A stretch of 32,000 nucleotides of DNA from Promethearchaeum syntrophicum (GCF_008000775.2 NZ_CP042905.2:3210001-3242000); one strand, 5' to 3'. Shown: positions 1 through 9,635, counted from the first letter of the stretch. Notes: a model not told the origin generated them from the sequence alone. Made by a program: numbers and translations.

Positions 1-33
1 AATATAATAATAATTTCAATTTTTTTTTTCAAA

Positions 34-1779
34 TTATTTAGTTGATTCTTTATTTCTTTCAATATTATAGCGACCGCGTAATTCTATTTGGTTTATTCTT
101 GAAATTATAGCTTGAATTTCATTTTGATCTGAATTTTCGAATTTAGAGTAACCCAGAATAAATTGATCGTAGAGAAATGGAAAATATTTGCCATGAGTAC
201 TACTGATAACTCGCTTGAATAAATGCAAATCCATAGCTTTCTCTTCAATTCCAATATCGCTCTCCGCTAAACCAAAATCTATGAAAAATAATTCACCCTT
301 TTGGGTATAAATTATATTGGATGTAGTCAAATCTCCATGCATACGCATTGTTTGATGGATTTTTGCTAACCAATATCCAATTTCTCGAAATATTTTCTCT
401 AATTCTTTATTTGATAAATCAGGAATCACATCTTTTAATCTAGATCCCTTTATGTATTGCATCACAATTAATCCCTTATTGGGATTGATTTCAAATATCG
501 ATGGAACTGGGATTCCACATTTGAATAATTCAATTAAAGTTCGCCCCTCTTTAATTGTGCGTGAATATCGTAGGTTACTATCAATTTCACTAATTCTGTA
601 TTCTTTTGAAAGTCGATACTTAATTAAAACATCGCGATTAAACCATTTAGAATGAATTAAAACAGCTTCTGCCCCACGTCGTATGATTTCGCCTGTAAAA
701 TTGAACTCTTGTAAAATAGTTTGCTCAGACTTTTTTAGTTCAATTATAGGTTTCTCTTTTTTAGATTCATTAACTTTATCTTTCAGACTATTACGCCAAG
801 GAATAGGTACCTCATCCATTCTCCACTTAGGTAAGATTTTAGTTTCAGAAATTTCGGTTTTTTTTGATGTTTTATATTGTAAGATACCTGTCCAAGCAAT
901 CATTGCTCCATTATCGCCTGCATATTTTAGGGGGACAACATGAAATTCAATCTTATGCTCATCGCTTATATTTGAAATCATTTCCTGTAATCTTTTATTT
1001 GCTGCGACGCCTCCAGTTACTAAAACCGAATTTTTCTCAGTATGCGCGATTGCCCGTTCTGAAACTTCAGCTAACATTGAATATGAAGTCTCTTGAAGAG
1101 AATAGAACAGATCGGCTTGATTTTTTTTACTAGTTTCTTCTTTTGACTTTTTCCAGATTGCAGTATAAAGTCCAGAAAATGACAGATCCATCCCTTTGAC
1201 GATATATGGAAGATTAATATAATTTGTTCCATATTTTGCAATTTCTTCGATTTTTGGACCCCCCGGATGAGGAATGCCATAATCTCGGGCAACCATATCG
1301 ATCATATTGCCAATTGCCAAATCTAAAGTTTCTCCAAAAATCTGATACATACCCGAATCAAAAGCACTTATTATTGTATTTCCTCCTGAAACATAAACCG
1401 TAACAGGATCATATACATTACATAAGAGTCGTCCAATTTCTACATGGGCGATACAATGATTTACTCCAACTATAGGAATGTTTAACTGCAATGATAGAGA
1501 ACGGGAGATTGCTGCTCCAACACGTAGACAAGGTCCTAACCCAGGTCCTTGACTGAAAGCAATGAGGTCTAAATCGGAAAATTCAATATTTGCTTTTGAA
1601 ATGGCTTGTTTTAAAACTGTATCAAAAACCGTGTAATGATGTTCGACAACATCAACCGGTTTTAAGCCTCCCGTTTGGGGTTTAAATGCATCTGAGATGA
1701 GGCTTAAAATTTTCCCCTCATCATTCACTATCCCAACGCTAAATGTATGTGCTGTTGATTCAATTCCCAAACAAAGCAT
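34..1779 (-). CDS. kae1-bud32: Bifunctional Kae1-Bud32 fusion: tRNA N6-adenosine threonylcarbamoyltransferase plus Bud32-type atypical kinase (KEOPS)
   Basis: N-terminal MLCLGIESTAHTFSVGIV, NHCIAHVEIG metal-binding motif, YVSGGNT, DLSFSGL. C-terminal Bud32 motifs HGDLTTSNI and FIDFGLA. Start placed at the internal Met (1779) immediately before LCLGIESTAHT, not at 1809. Confidence 0.96.
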   Translation of the reverse strand: MLCLGIESTAHTFSVGIVNDEGKILSLISDAFKPQTGGLKPVDVVEHHYTVFDTVLKQAISKANIEFSDLDLIAFSQGPGLGPCLRVGAAISRSLSLQLNIPIVGVNHCIAHVEIGRLLCNVYDPVTVYVSGGNTIISAFDSGMYQIFGETLDLAIGNMIDMVARDYGIPHPGGPKIEEIAKYGTNYINLPYIVKGMDLSFSGLYTAIWKKSKEETSKKNQADLFYSLQETSYSMLAEVSERAIAHTEKNSVLVTGGVAANKRLQEMISNISDEHKIEFHVVPLKYAGDNGAMIAWTGILQYKTSKKTEISETKILPKWRMDEVPIPWRNSLKDKVNESKKEKPIIELKKSEQTILQEFNFTGEIIRRGAEAVLIHSKWFNRDVLIKYRLSKEYRISEIDSNLRYSRTIKEGRTLIELFKCGIPVPSIFEINPNKGLIVMQYIKGSRLKDVIPDLSNKELEKIFREIGYWLAKIHQTMRMHGDLTTSNIIYTQKGELFFIDFGLAESDIGIEEKAMDLHLFKRVISSTHGKYFPFLYDQFILGYSKFENSDQNEIQAIISRINQIELRGRYNIERNKESTK

Positions 1780-1858
1780 AAAAAATCCTCTTACTCCCCA
1801 AAATCCCATTTACTTAAATAATTATATCTAAGAAAAAAAATAGAAATCAATATTAATT

Positions 1859-2107
1859 TTAGCGCGCTTTATGTTTCGCCGGAATTACTTTTCCAGTCTT
1901 TTTGAACATCGTATACCCACATCGGCCACAATGCTGACGATCGTAGTGATCAGCCATAAAATTACCTGGTCCACATTTAGGACAAGTTTCTCGTGATCGA
2001 ACAATTTTTCCTCCCTCAATAACCCACAATGGACCTTTATTTCTATTTCTTGGAGGTTTTTGTTGTTTAGCTTTTGTTTTTACTTTCCGTTTTGCTCCTC
2101 TTGCCAT
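1859..2107 (-). CDS. rps27ae: 30S ribosomal protein eS27/S27ae-type zinc ribbon protein
   Basis: Basic N-terminus followed by [25 protein letters not shown], typical of archaeal S27ae. Adjacent to rps24e. Confidence 0.95.
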   Translation of the reverse strand: MARGAKRKVKTKAKQQKPPRNRNKGPLWVIEGGKIVRSRETCPKCGPGNFMADHYDRQHCGRCGYTMFKKTGKVIPAKHKAR

Positions 2108-2119
2108 ATCTTACACCTT

Positions 2120-2473
2120 CTATTTCTTCTTCTTTTTCTTCTTGGATTTCGCTTCTTTCCAAGCATCATCCCTTTTCTCCTTAGGAATATTCCGGATCTG
2201 GGAGTATTTAGGTTCTAATTTTTGAGCAGTTTCTTCATCTTCATAAATAATTGCAAGTCCTATGACAGAAGGTCGACCAAAATGTGTCTTCATTGTTCGT
2301 AAGAACGTAAGTTCCGTTTTTGCAGATTGAAGCGCAGCCAACTTATCTCTTACTTCGATTCTATTTGGAGAGCCCATTCCTAAATGCTCAATCTCAAATT
2401 TAATTTCTGTACGATGTAAAATCGGGTTGTCTTCAACAGAGATTATATTAATATTTACCAATTTTTTATTCAC
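2120..2473 (-). CDS. rps24e: 30S ribosomal protein eS24
   Basis: HRTEIKFEIEHLGMGSPNRIEVRDKLAA...TFFGRPSVIGLAIIYED-like S24e pattern, Lys-rich tail. Confidence 0.95.
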   Translation of the reverse strand: MNKKLVNINIISVEDNPILHRTEIKFEIEHLGMGSPNRIEVRDKLAALQSAKTELTFLRTMKTHFGRPSVIGLAIIYEDEETAQKLEPKYSQIRNIPKEKRDDAWKEAKSKKKKKKK

Positions 2474-2561
2474 CAGATCAATCTAGTAACCTCTTGGAGG
2501 CGACCTTCAATTTGATCTAACTCTATAAAACCTAGGATAATAGAAAAAATTTGTGATTTTA

Positions 2562-3161
2562 TTAATTTATATCTGAAACGCGTCCCATTTGTTCAAAAAG
2601 TTTCTCTACTCTTTGTTTTACTTCATAATTATTATAAATAACGACACATCCCGCTGGAATCGGGGGATTTATGTCAGTGATTGGAGGTTGACCGTAAAAT
2701 ATGAAAGTATTTTTAGATTTAAGAATTGCTGGGATCACAAGTAAATCCTCTTCTCCATCAATAACAACTAAATAATGATTATTATCATCAATGGTTTCTG
2801 AAATAAATTCGAAAATTTCTTCATTAATAAAGCCAGCGGGATTTTTAAAGGTTTTATTTATCAGTGATTCAATTTCAGGAAATAAAAAACGGTTTTTTCC
2901 TCGCTGAGTTTCCCCATCGATAAATAAATATTTCACTAAAGGACTCAGAAAATGATCCTGAACGATTGATTTTGAAACAATATCTCCCACACCTATGACT
3001 AAAAGCGGTTTTTCTAGGCTCGAAACCTTCAACAAGTCACTGAATTGATCTTTCATCCATTTAATCGCTTTTGGGAAGGATTTACCTGGATCTCCCTTAA
3101 ATAATTTACCTAATGGCTTTGAAAATTCTTTTCGCATAGAAGGGTTTAGTTTGTAAAACAT
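2562..3161 (-). CDS. GTP-dependent dephospho-CoA kinase (DUF359 family)
   Basis: Motifs LLVIGVGDIVSKSI, LFIDGETQRG, VVIDGEEDLLVIPAIL, FYGQPP. Located upstream of rps24e as in many archaea. Confidence 0.85.
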   Translation of the reverse strand: MFYKLNPSMRKEFSKPLGKLFKGDPGKSFPKAIKWMKDQFSDLLKVSSLEKPLLVIGVGDIVSKSIVQDHFLSPLVKYLFIDGETQRGKNRFLFPEIESLINKTFKNPAGFINEEIFEFISETIDDNNHYLVVIDGEEDLLVIPAILKSKNTFIFYGQPPITDINPPIPAGCVVIYNNYEVKQRVEKLFEQMGRVSDIN

Positions 3162-3214
3162 GAGGTATACAAAAAAAAGAAAAAAAATTCACATTTGAAT
3201 TTTTGCTTAAAGTA

Positions 3215-3538
3215 TTAATATAAACGGTACATCGTTTCTAAGCTATTTTCTATTATATTCATTGTCCGGTTTAGTTTTTTCTCTGAAAATATTATAGGTC
3301 TTAGAAAATCTCTAATAGTACTTTCGATTTTTTTTATTTCATTCAATCGCATATTAGGGGATGCTGTAAATAAAGTCAAGACATCGTTTTGTTTATTGTA
3401 ATTTATTAGAGCTTGTTCTGTGTATTTTCTAGCTAATTCTGGGCTTATCCTTCCTTTTTCAGAAATTAATTCAACCATTTTATTGAATTCCTTCAAGCGG
3501 TATTCATGAGAGATAAATTTGTTTACACTACCTTCCAT
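3215..3538 (-). CDS. Small uncharacterised, probably helical protein
   Basis: Intact 107-aa ORF in a gap between same-strand genes. No recognised motif. Confidence 0.55.
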   Translation of the reverse strand: MEGSVNKFISHEYRLKEFNKMVELISEKGRISPELARKYTEQALINYNKQNDVLTLFTASPNMRLNEIKKIESTIRDFLRPIIFSEKKLNRTMNIIENSLETMYRLY

Positions 3539-3615
3539 AATAAAATCACCGTTACAATAAGGAAAATTCTATATCAAAAATGTTTCGAATTCAAAAAAAA
3601 ATAAGAAAAGTTAAA

Positions 3616-5232
3616 TTAAATTGATTTTCGCTTCTTATTCAATATAAAAGACACAGTTCCTATAATGGGCAACAAGGTAAATTCCCAACTTCCAGAAATT
3701 GTTGGATTTGGATTATTGATTCTTAGTTCTGGATTTAAGAACATTTTCATTATAGCCATATCGTAATCAGTGCTTCCAGTTTTATTTGCCATAAATGCAT
3801 TCGATAAAGGCAAATCAGAGGATGAAGATACCCCTAAAAGTAAAATTTCATTATTAGGTAAAAGACATAATCCACGTCCGATATCATCTCCGGAACCACC
3901 AAAACAATTGGAATAAATTATCTTAAAATTATTGTTAAGAACCATTAAAACCATGTCATTTCCATCAGAAAAATCGCGAAAAGATTTTTCAAGGGGAAAA
4001 TCTTTTGAAGCTTGAGCCACTCCGGCCAGATAAATATAATCTCCCTTTATTTCAATGCCATATGCAATATCGTCTTCAGATCCTCCATAAAAACCCATAA
4101 AAGGCATATTTTGGCCATCTGCAGTGAGTTGAAACACCCATAATTCCTTATTTCCTTTACCTTTATCGATCGTGGTTTGAGATATATCACCATAATTTCT
4201 CTCATTAGATTCCCCACAAACAAATATCTCATCATCTTGATTGACAGCTACTCCATAAGGGCGATCTGCTCCATCAGAGCCAACCATTGTAGAGAAAACT
4301 AAAGTATTGGAATTATCGACTTTCACAACGATAGCGTCTATTCCTATCATTTTACTATCTTGAATGGCATTTTCTGTTGGGAAATTTAAGGACATAGTTC
4401 CACCTGAAATAATAATGCAATCTTCTGAATCATAAACTATATCGACTCCCCAATCATTACTCGTGCTACCCCAGAATGTGCTAAATAGAAGTGTTTGACC
4501 GTCAGGGCTGAATTCTGAGATGTAAGCTGAAACTCCCCCAATATTGCTTGATTGTATCTCATTCATCAAAGGTAAATCAGTAGAATATGTACTACCAGTG
4601 ATAGCAATGTTATTTTCTGAATCAACATCAAGAGCGTAACCCCAATCTGAATAGGATCCACCAAAATAAGTCGAAAATATTATTTCATTTGTTTCCCCAT
4701 CAATTTTTAAGAGCACAATGTCTAGCGTGCCTCCTTTTTTTGATCCTTGATAAGGATTAACTGTAGGAAAATCTAAAGAGCTAGAAGAACCCACAACTAC
4801 TATATCATCATTACTGTCTACCACAACATCGGTAGCCCAATCATCTTGTGAACCTCCAAAATATGTAGAAAATAGTAATGTCTGACCGTCATTCGAAAAT
4901 TTTGAAATGACCATATCAACATTGCCTGCACTTTCATTATACAATGCATTTTCAATCGGGTAATCATCCGATCCAGAACGACCTGCGACTATAATGTTTC
5001 CCGCAGAATCATATGCTACGTTAATTTCTGCAAGATCATTAGTATTCTGGTTTAATTCATCTCCAGAGCCTCCAATATATGTTGAAAAGATTTCAGTTGG
5101 ATTTTCATATACTGGGGTTGTCGCTACCGCTATTGGGGAGAATAATACTAACGAAATAAATAAAGTCATTATACTAAAAAAACGTATTAATCGATTTATT
5201 TCCAGATTTTTTTTATTGACTAACATTTTCAA
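3616..5232 (-). CDS. Secreted SBBP-repeat (beta-propeller-like) protein with C-terminal membrane anchor
   Basis: N-terminal signal-like hydrophobic segment. Repeats of the form STYFGGS..D.....DSN.DI...GSS.S.DFPT. C-terminal WEFTLLPIIGTVSFILNKKRKSI (TM plus basic tail). Confidence 0.85.
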   Translation of the reverse strand: MKMLVNKKNLEINRLIRFFSIMTLFISLVLFSPIAVATTPVYENPTEIFSTYIGGSGDELNQNTNDLAEINVAYDSAGNIIVAGRSGSDDYPIENALYNESAGNVDMVISKFSNDGQTLLFSTYFGGSQDDWATDVVVDSNDDIVVVGSSSSLDFPTVNPYQGSKKGGTLDIVLLKIDGETNEIIFSTYFGGSYSDWGYALDVDSENNIAITGSTYSTDLPLMNEIQSSNIGGVSAYISEFSPDGQTLLFSTFWGSTSNDWGVDIVYDSEDCIIISGGTMSLNFPTENAIQDSKMIGIDAIVVKVDNSNTLVFSTMVGSDGADRPYGVAVNQDDEIFVCGESNERNYGDISQTTIDKGKGNKELWVFQLTADGQNMPFMGFYGGSEDDIAYGIEIKGDYIYLAGVAQASKDFPLEKSFRDFSDGNDMVLMVLNNNFKIIYSNCFGGSGDDIGRGLCLLPNNEILLLGVSSSSDLPLSNAFMANKTGSTDYDMAIMKMFLNPELRINNPNPTISGSWEFTLLPIIGTVSFILNKKRKSI

Positions 5233-5494
5233 ATTTCATCATCTCAAACATTTAATTTATGCAATTAAAATGTATTTAATCGTAATTAATCAAAGTTTAT
5301 AATTATTTTGAAATTAATTTTTTTAAAAAACTATACTAATGGGTTTTATATTATTTTTCATTTTTCTTATGTAAAATCAATTATAATTGGTTTAAAGTTA
5401 GTATTAAGATTTTGGTATTAAAAATTTTTTTTAAAAAAATAATTTATATCATTTCAAAAAATTTAAAAAATAAGACGAAATTAATTAATTAGGT

Positions 5495-6559
5495 ATGATC
5501 CTTTCTTACCAAGAAGAACTTCAAATCAAATATCAGAAAATTAAAAAATTTATAAAAGAACTCTCGAATTTAAATGGAAGAAAAGAAAAATTAATGGAAA
5601 TTTATTTTTGGTTAATTACTTATCCCTATTTGACCCAAGCTGAACTTCAAATTTTAACTGGCTATTCTTTAGGAACGATATCAGAATCTCTTAAATCTTT
5701 ATTAGTTGTGAGTAGCGTTAAATTAAGAACTCGAAAAAACACTTCAGAATCTGAATATTATTTGACGTATACGAAAACCAGCTTAGATTATACATTATCT
5801 TCACGCAGTAAGTCTGTGGTAGTTAACATTTGTGAATTCATGGAGAATCTTTTAACAAGTATGAAAAAACATAATACAACAAAAAATGATTTATTAATGC
5901 TTGAAAATCTTCAAGATTTTAACCATTATTACCTATGGGTTAAACAATCTATTGCAGGTGAGGAAAACTCATATAATCCCTTTTCACTTGAAAAAAAACA
6001 AGAACGGATTTTAAATCCCGATTTTTCACCTCAATATGAACGTTTTGAGAAAAATTTCATCGATTTTTTTGTAAAACAGCAAATATTTGAAGAGATGACA
6101 GAAAAAAATTCAATAGTCTTGGGTTTTTTTATCACAAGGGGAAATTTGACTATTTCAATGATCTCTAAACTAGTCCCTTTTTCTATAGGAACGGTGTCAA
6201 ATTGTGTCCATTACTTAGAATCTCTACATTTTATACAAAAAAATGATGGAAAATATGGCTATAACCTTTATTCTTTTGGTGTGGGTTGGTTGAATTATCG
6301 AAAATACTACTATGAGCGAATGAGGTTTTGGCAGAAAGATTTCTCCAAAATGAAGATGGAACTAGAAAATTCTCTCCAAGATTATCACTTTATACCCCAA
6401 ATCGGACCTTTTCTAATATTTCTAAACAGACTTCTGAAAACATTAGAAAGAGCCCAAATATATTATAATGAAAATGATAAACTGTGGAAGACTGCTCTTG
6501 AATTCTCTATAAAACATTCTCTTTATTATCCTTCGATCTCAAAGAATAATTTGAATTAA
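5495..6559 (+). CDS. DNA-binding transcriptional regulator with two winged-helix (GbsR/MarR-like) domains
   Basis: Two helix-turn-helix-like segments: IYFWLITYPYLTQAELQILTGYSLGTISESLKSLL and VLGFFITRGNLTISMISKLVPFSIGTVSNCVHYLESL. Confidence 0.72.
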   Translation: MILSYQEELQIKYQKIKKFIKELSNLNGRKEKLMEIYFWLITYPYLTQAELQILTGYSLGTISESLKSLLVVSSVKLRTRKNTSESEYYLTYTKTSLDYTLSSRSKSVVVNICEFMENLLTSMKKHNTTKNDLLMLENLQDFNHYYLWVKQSIAGEENSYNPFSLEKKQERILNPDFSPQYERFEKNFIDFFVKQQIFEEMTEKNSIVLGFFITRGNLTISMISKLVPFSIGTVSNCVHYLESLHFIQKNDGKYGYNLYSFGVGWLNYRKYYYERMRFWQKDFSKMKMELENSLQDYHFIPQIGPFLIFLNRLLKTLERAQIYYNENDKLWKTALEFSIKHSLYYPSISKNNLN

Positions 6560-6568
6560 AAAAAAAAG

Positions 6569-7672
6569 TTAACTCATATTCTCTAAACAATAATAAATTC
6601 CAGGAAAAAGATGATAACCTATCCCTAAAATATGGGGAGAAAGTTTTTCTGCGATTTTATTCTGATAAATGTCAATATCGACCTTATGTTTAAATTCCAT
6701 CTTAGCTAAAAATGTCTTTAATTTCATAATTTGAGCTGAAAAGCCGTATTCATCTTTAATTTCACAATTTATCATTATTTTTATATTACTAAAAGGTTGA
6801 GGTGTTTTTTTTATGATCTCGATAATATCATATTCCAACCATTTTTTTCTAATAGATTCATCCATTTTAATTATTTTACCCGCAGTATCTCGCTTGATTG
6901 TGGGAATTAGTCGATCATTATCAGTAATGATTAGATCAGCGGTATCCAAAACATCTTCTACATCCTTTTTCCCGTAATATTCTGCTTTTTTCTTTCCAAA
7001 CGCGAGTTGATATAATGGCATGATCTTTTTTAATTCAAGTAAATCCAGAAAAGAAATCAGTGGACTCAATGCAACCCCTACATTAAATTTCTCAGGAGAC
7101 TTTAAACAAGCCAATAATGTTCCGTAACCTCCCATAGATGCCCCCATTAATGCCCGATTTTTCTTATCGGAAAACGTACGATATTTGGAATCAACAAATT
7201 TAATCAAATCATCAAAAATATAATCATAAAAATTACCTGTAAAAGGTGAATTCAAATAAAACGCTCCTTTCATCGCAGGATTTCCATTGATTTTTAATAC
7301 TCCATTCATATCAGGAATATTCAAACTACATTCTGGCTGCACCAAAATAAATGGCTTAATCTCTTGAGAGTTTATTTTTTTATCAAGATCTTCATATTTA
7401 GGAATAATTCTAAGAATTCTACGTGCAATTGAACGATAAATAAAAGGAATTGCGTTTCTTAGATATTTTTTCGAACCTACAATCAAACTCTTGATATCTT
7501 GTCGATATCCGTGTAATAGATAAATAACTGGGTACCTTTTTTCCTCAGAGTCATAATATCCCGGAGGAAGATAAATCATAAATTGCCTATCTGCCGATAT
7601 TTTTAAAGGGTTTCTTTCCAAACTCTGAGAGTGAAAATTTTCGGTGATATATCGAGGATTTGTCATCTTCAT
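6569..7672 (-). CDS. Alpha/beta-hydrolase, putative esterase (esterase D-like)
   Basis: MIYLPPGYYDSEEKRYPVIYLLHGYR and nucleophile elbow GASMGGYG. C-terminal GYHLFPGIYYCLE is likely the catalytic His region. Confidence 0.8.
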   Translation of the reverse strand: MKMTNPRYITENFHSQSLERNPLKISADRQFMIYLPPGYYDSEEKRYPVIYLLHGYRQDIKSLIVGSKKYLRNAIPFIYRSIARRILRIIPKYEDLDKKINSQEIKPFILVQPECSLNIPDMNGVLKINGNPAMKGAFYLNSPFTGNFYDYIFDDLIKFVDSKYRTFSDKKNRALMGASMGGYGTLLACLKSPEKFNVGVALSPLISFLDLLELKKIMPLYQLAFGKKKAEYYGKKDVEDVLDTADLIITDNDRLIPTIKRDTAGKIIKMDESIRKKWLEYDIIEIIKKTPQPFSNIKIMINCEIKDEYGFSAQIMKLKTFLAKMEFKHKVDIDIYQNKIAEKLSPHILGIGYHLFPGIYYCLENMS

Positions 7673-7740
7673 CTCTTATTTCTTTACTTCGCAAATAAAT
7701 GTTTTAGAAATGAGAAAAAATTTTTCCAATCAAATTATAA

Positions 7741-8838
7741 TCAAGTTATATTCTTTAAACAATATAATATTCCAGGAAAAAGATGGGAAAGAATCCCAAC
7801 TTCATGTGGAGAAATTTTTTCCGAAGATTTATCATAATATATGTCAATATCTACCCCTTGCTCTATTCCTATCTCAGATAAAACTTGCTGGAATGTTTTA
7901 ATTTGAGTCGATAGCCCAAATTCATCAGCTATCTCAGAATTGACCAATAATTTAATATTTTGGAAAGGATTCGGGGCATTCTTAACCATTTCGATTATAT
8001 CATTTTCCATCCACTTCTTTTTTGAAAATTCATTCATTTCAATAATCGATCCATTAGAATTTCGTTTGATTGATGGGATTAATCGATTATCATTACAAAA
8101 AATAAGATCAAAAGTATCCATAATTTCTCCCAAATCTTTGGAACTCAATTTTTCTGCCTTTTTTTTGCCATAAATTCGAATATATAATGGCATTATAAAT
8201 TTTATTTCCAGAATATCTAAAAATGAAAGAACTGGGCTCAATGCAACCCCTACATTGAATTTCTCGGGATATTTCAAACATCCATATAGTGTCCCGTATC
8301 CTCCCATTGATGCCCCCATTAATGCACGATGTTCTTTATTGGGAATTGTGCGGTATTTTATATCAACAAAATTAATCAATTCATCAAAAATATAGTCAGA
8401 ATAATTACCAGTATATGGTGAATTTAAATAAAAAGAGCCTTTCATAAAAGGTAATCCATTTCCTTTTTTACGTCCATATATATCAGGTATTTTCAAACTG
8501 CAATCCGGTTGAACCAATATAAATGGTTGAATTTCCTGATTTATTATCATCGTATCAAAATCTTCATATTTGGGTCTTTTTTTAAATGATTTCCATAATA
8601 ATAACCGATAAAAAAGTGGATATGATTTCTTTAAATACTTTTTTGTTCCTACCAGCAAATCATCGATTTCTTCGCAGTAACCATGTAAAAGATAAATCAC
8701 AGGGTATCTTTTTTCAACAGGTTCATGATATCCAGGAGGAAGATAAATCATAAATTGCCTATCAGCGGGTGAATTTAAAGGATTACCTTCCAAACTTTTT
8801 GAATGGATTTTTTCAGTAATATATCGAAGATTTTTCAT
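7741..8838 (-). CDS. Alpha/beta-hydrolase, putative esterase; paralogue of 6569..7672
   Basis: MIYLPPGYHEPVEKRYPVIYLLHGYC and GASMGGYG. Near colinear with the neighbouring gene. Start assigned at the internal Met (MKNLRYITEK, 8838), aligned with the paralogue, instead of 8907. Confidence 0.8.
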   Translation of the reverse strand: MKNLRYITEKIHSKSLEGNPLNSPADRQFMIYLPPGYHEPVEKRYPVIYLLHGYCEEIDDLLVGTKKYLKKSYPLFYRLLLWKSFKKRPKYEDFDTMIINQEIQPFILVQPDCSLKIPDIYGRKKGNGLPFMKGSFYLNSPYTGNYSDYIFDELINFVDIKYRTIPNKEHRALMGASMGGYGTLYGCLKYPEKFNVGVALSPVLSFLDILEIKFIMPLYIRIYGKKKAEKLSSKDLGEIMDTFDLIFCNDNRLIPSIKRNSNGSIIEMNEFSKKKWMENDIIEMVKNAPNPFQNIKLLVNSEIADEFGLSTQIKTFQQVLSEIGIEQGVDIDIYYDKSSEKISPHEVGILSHLFPGILYCLKNIT

Positions 8839-8980
8839 ATCTAATATATTGATAACAATGTTAATAAATACACTACAAATTAGTGTACATTCATTCTTCC
8901 TTCTCATATCGACAAAATCAATAAATAAGAAATTTTTTTAGAAATGGACAACTTAAATTCACAAGATTAATTTCTATATT

Positions 8981-9021
8981 CTTCGTGAGATACTTACGAA
9001 GACAAATACTTCTGTGAGATA
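8981..9021 (+). promoter_or_regulatory. Inverted repeat and offset direct repeat upstream of rpo7 (possible operator or leader hairpin)
   Basis: CTTCGT (8981-8986) / ACGAAG (8996-9001) perfect 6-bp arms with 9-nt loop. CTTCGTGAGATA recurs as CTTCTGTGAGATA (from 9009). TATA-like tttctatatt precedes it at 8971-8980. Confidence 0.3.
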
Positions 9022-9030
9022 AATAATAAA

Positions 9031-9612
9031 ATGTACAAGAAAATTACCCTACAGCACATTGTGCGTATCCCTCCAACCAAATTTGCCAGTAATATTAGAG
9101 AGGCAGCTTTTGAGATTCTTTCTGAGCAATTTAATGGTCAAATTTATGAAAATATCGGTTTTATAATTGCAGTTATTGATGTAATCGGTGATCCAAAAGA
9201 AGGCAAAATATTACACGGTGATGCCTCAACTTTCCATTTAGTTGATTTCTCAGTTCTCGCATATCTACCCAAACTCCATGAAATTGTTGAAGGAACGGTA
9301 GTTGAAGCTGTAGAATTTGGAGCTTTCATTAGGTTAGGTCCATCCGATGGTCTTTGCCATGTTTCTCAAATTTGTGACGATTTCATTTCATTTGAAAACA
9401 TGAATCAACGATTCATTGGAAAAGAGTCTTCAAAAATACTAACTGTTGATGATATGGTTCGAGGTAGAATTATTGCTGTCTCAATGGGAACGGGACGGTC
9501 AGGTAAGTTGGGATTAACAATGCGTCAACCATTTTTAGGCAAGATAGAGTGGATAATTAATGAAATTGAAGCCGAATCTGGTATTGAAGAAACAGAAGAA
9601 TTAGAAGATTAA
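9031..9612 (+). CDS. rpo7: DNA-directed RNA polymerase subunit E' / Rpo7
   Basis: MYKKITLQHIVRIPPTKF start, central GxGxxG-like region, S1 domain VVEGTVVEAVEFGAFIRLGPSDGLCHVSQI. Confidence 0.95.
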   Translation: MYKKITLQHIVRIPPTKFASNIREAAFEILSEQFNGQIYENIGFIIAVIDVIGDPKEGKILHGDASTFHLVDFSVLAYLPKLHEIVEGTVVEAVEFGAFIRLGPSDGLCHVSQICDDFISFENMNQRFIGKESSKILTVDDMVRGRIIAVSMGTGRSGKLGLTMRQPFLGKIEWIINEIEAESGIEETEELED

Positions 9613-9635
9613 AAAAAAAAAGGATATGAATACTC

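Noticed and set aside
452-1292. Several ORFs antisense or overlapping to the Kae1-Bud32 gene (452-655, 683-943, 864-1133, 1071-1292)
   Set aside because: They lie inside a strongly supported conserved gene and show no family signature. They are shadow ORFs.
4047-5302. ORFs 4047-4235 and 4994-5302
   Set aside because: Overlap the SBBP-repeat gene, low-complexity translations without motifs.
7631-8173. ORFs 7631-7837, 7644-7901 and 7940-8173 around the esterase pair
   Set aside because: Cover the ends or interior of the esterase genes in other frames. The paralogous alignment supports only the minus-strand frame.
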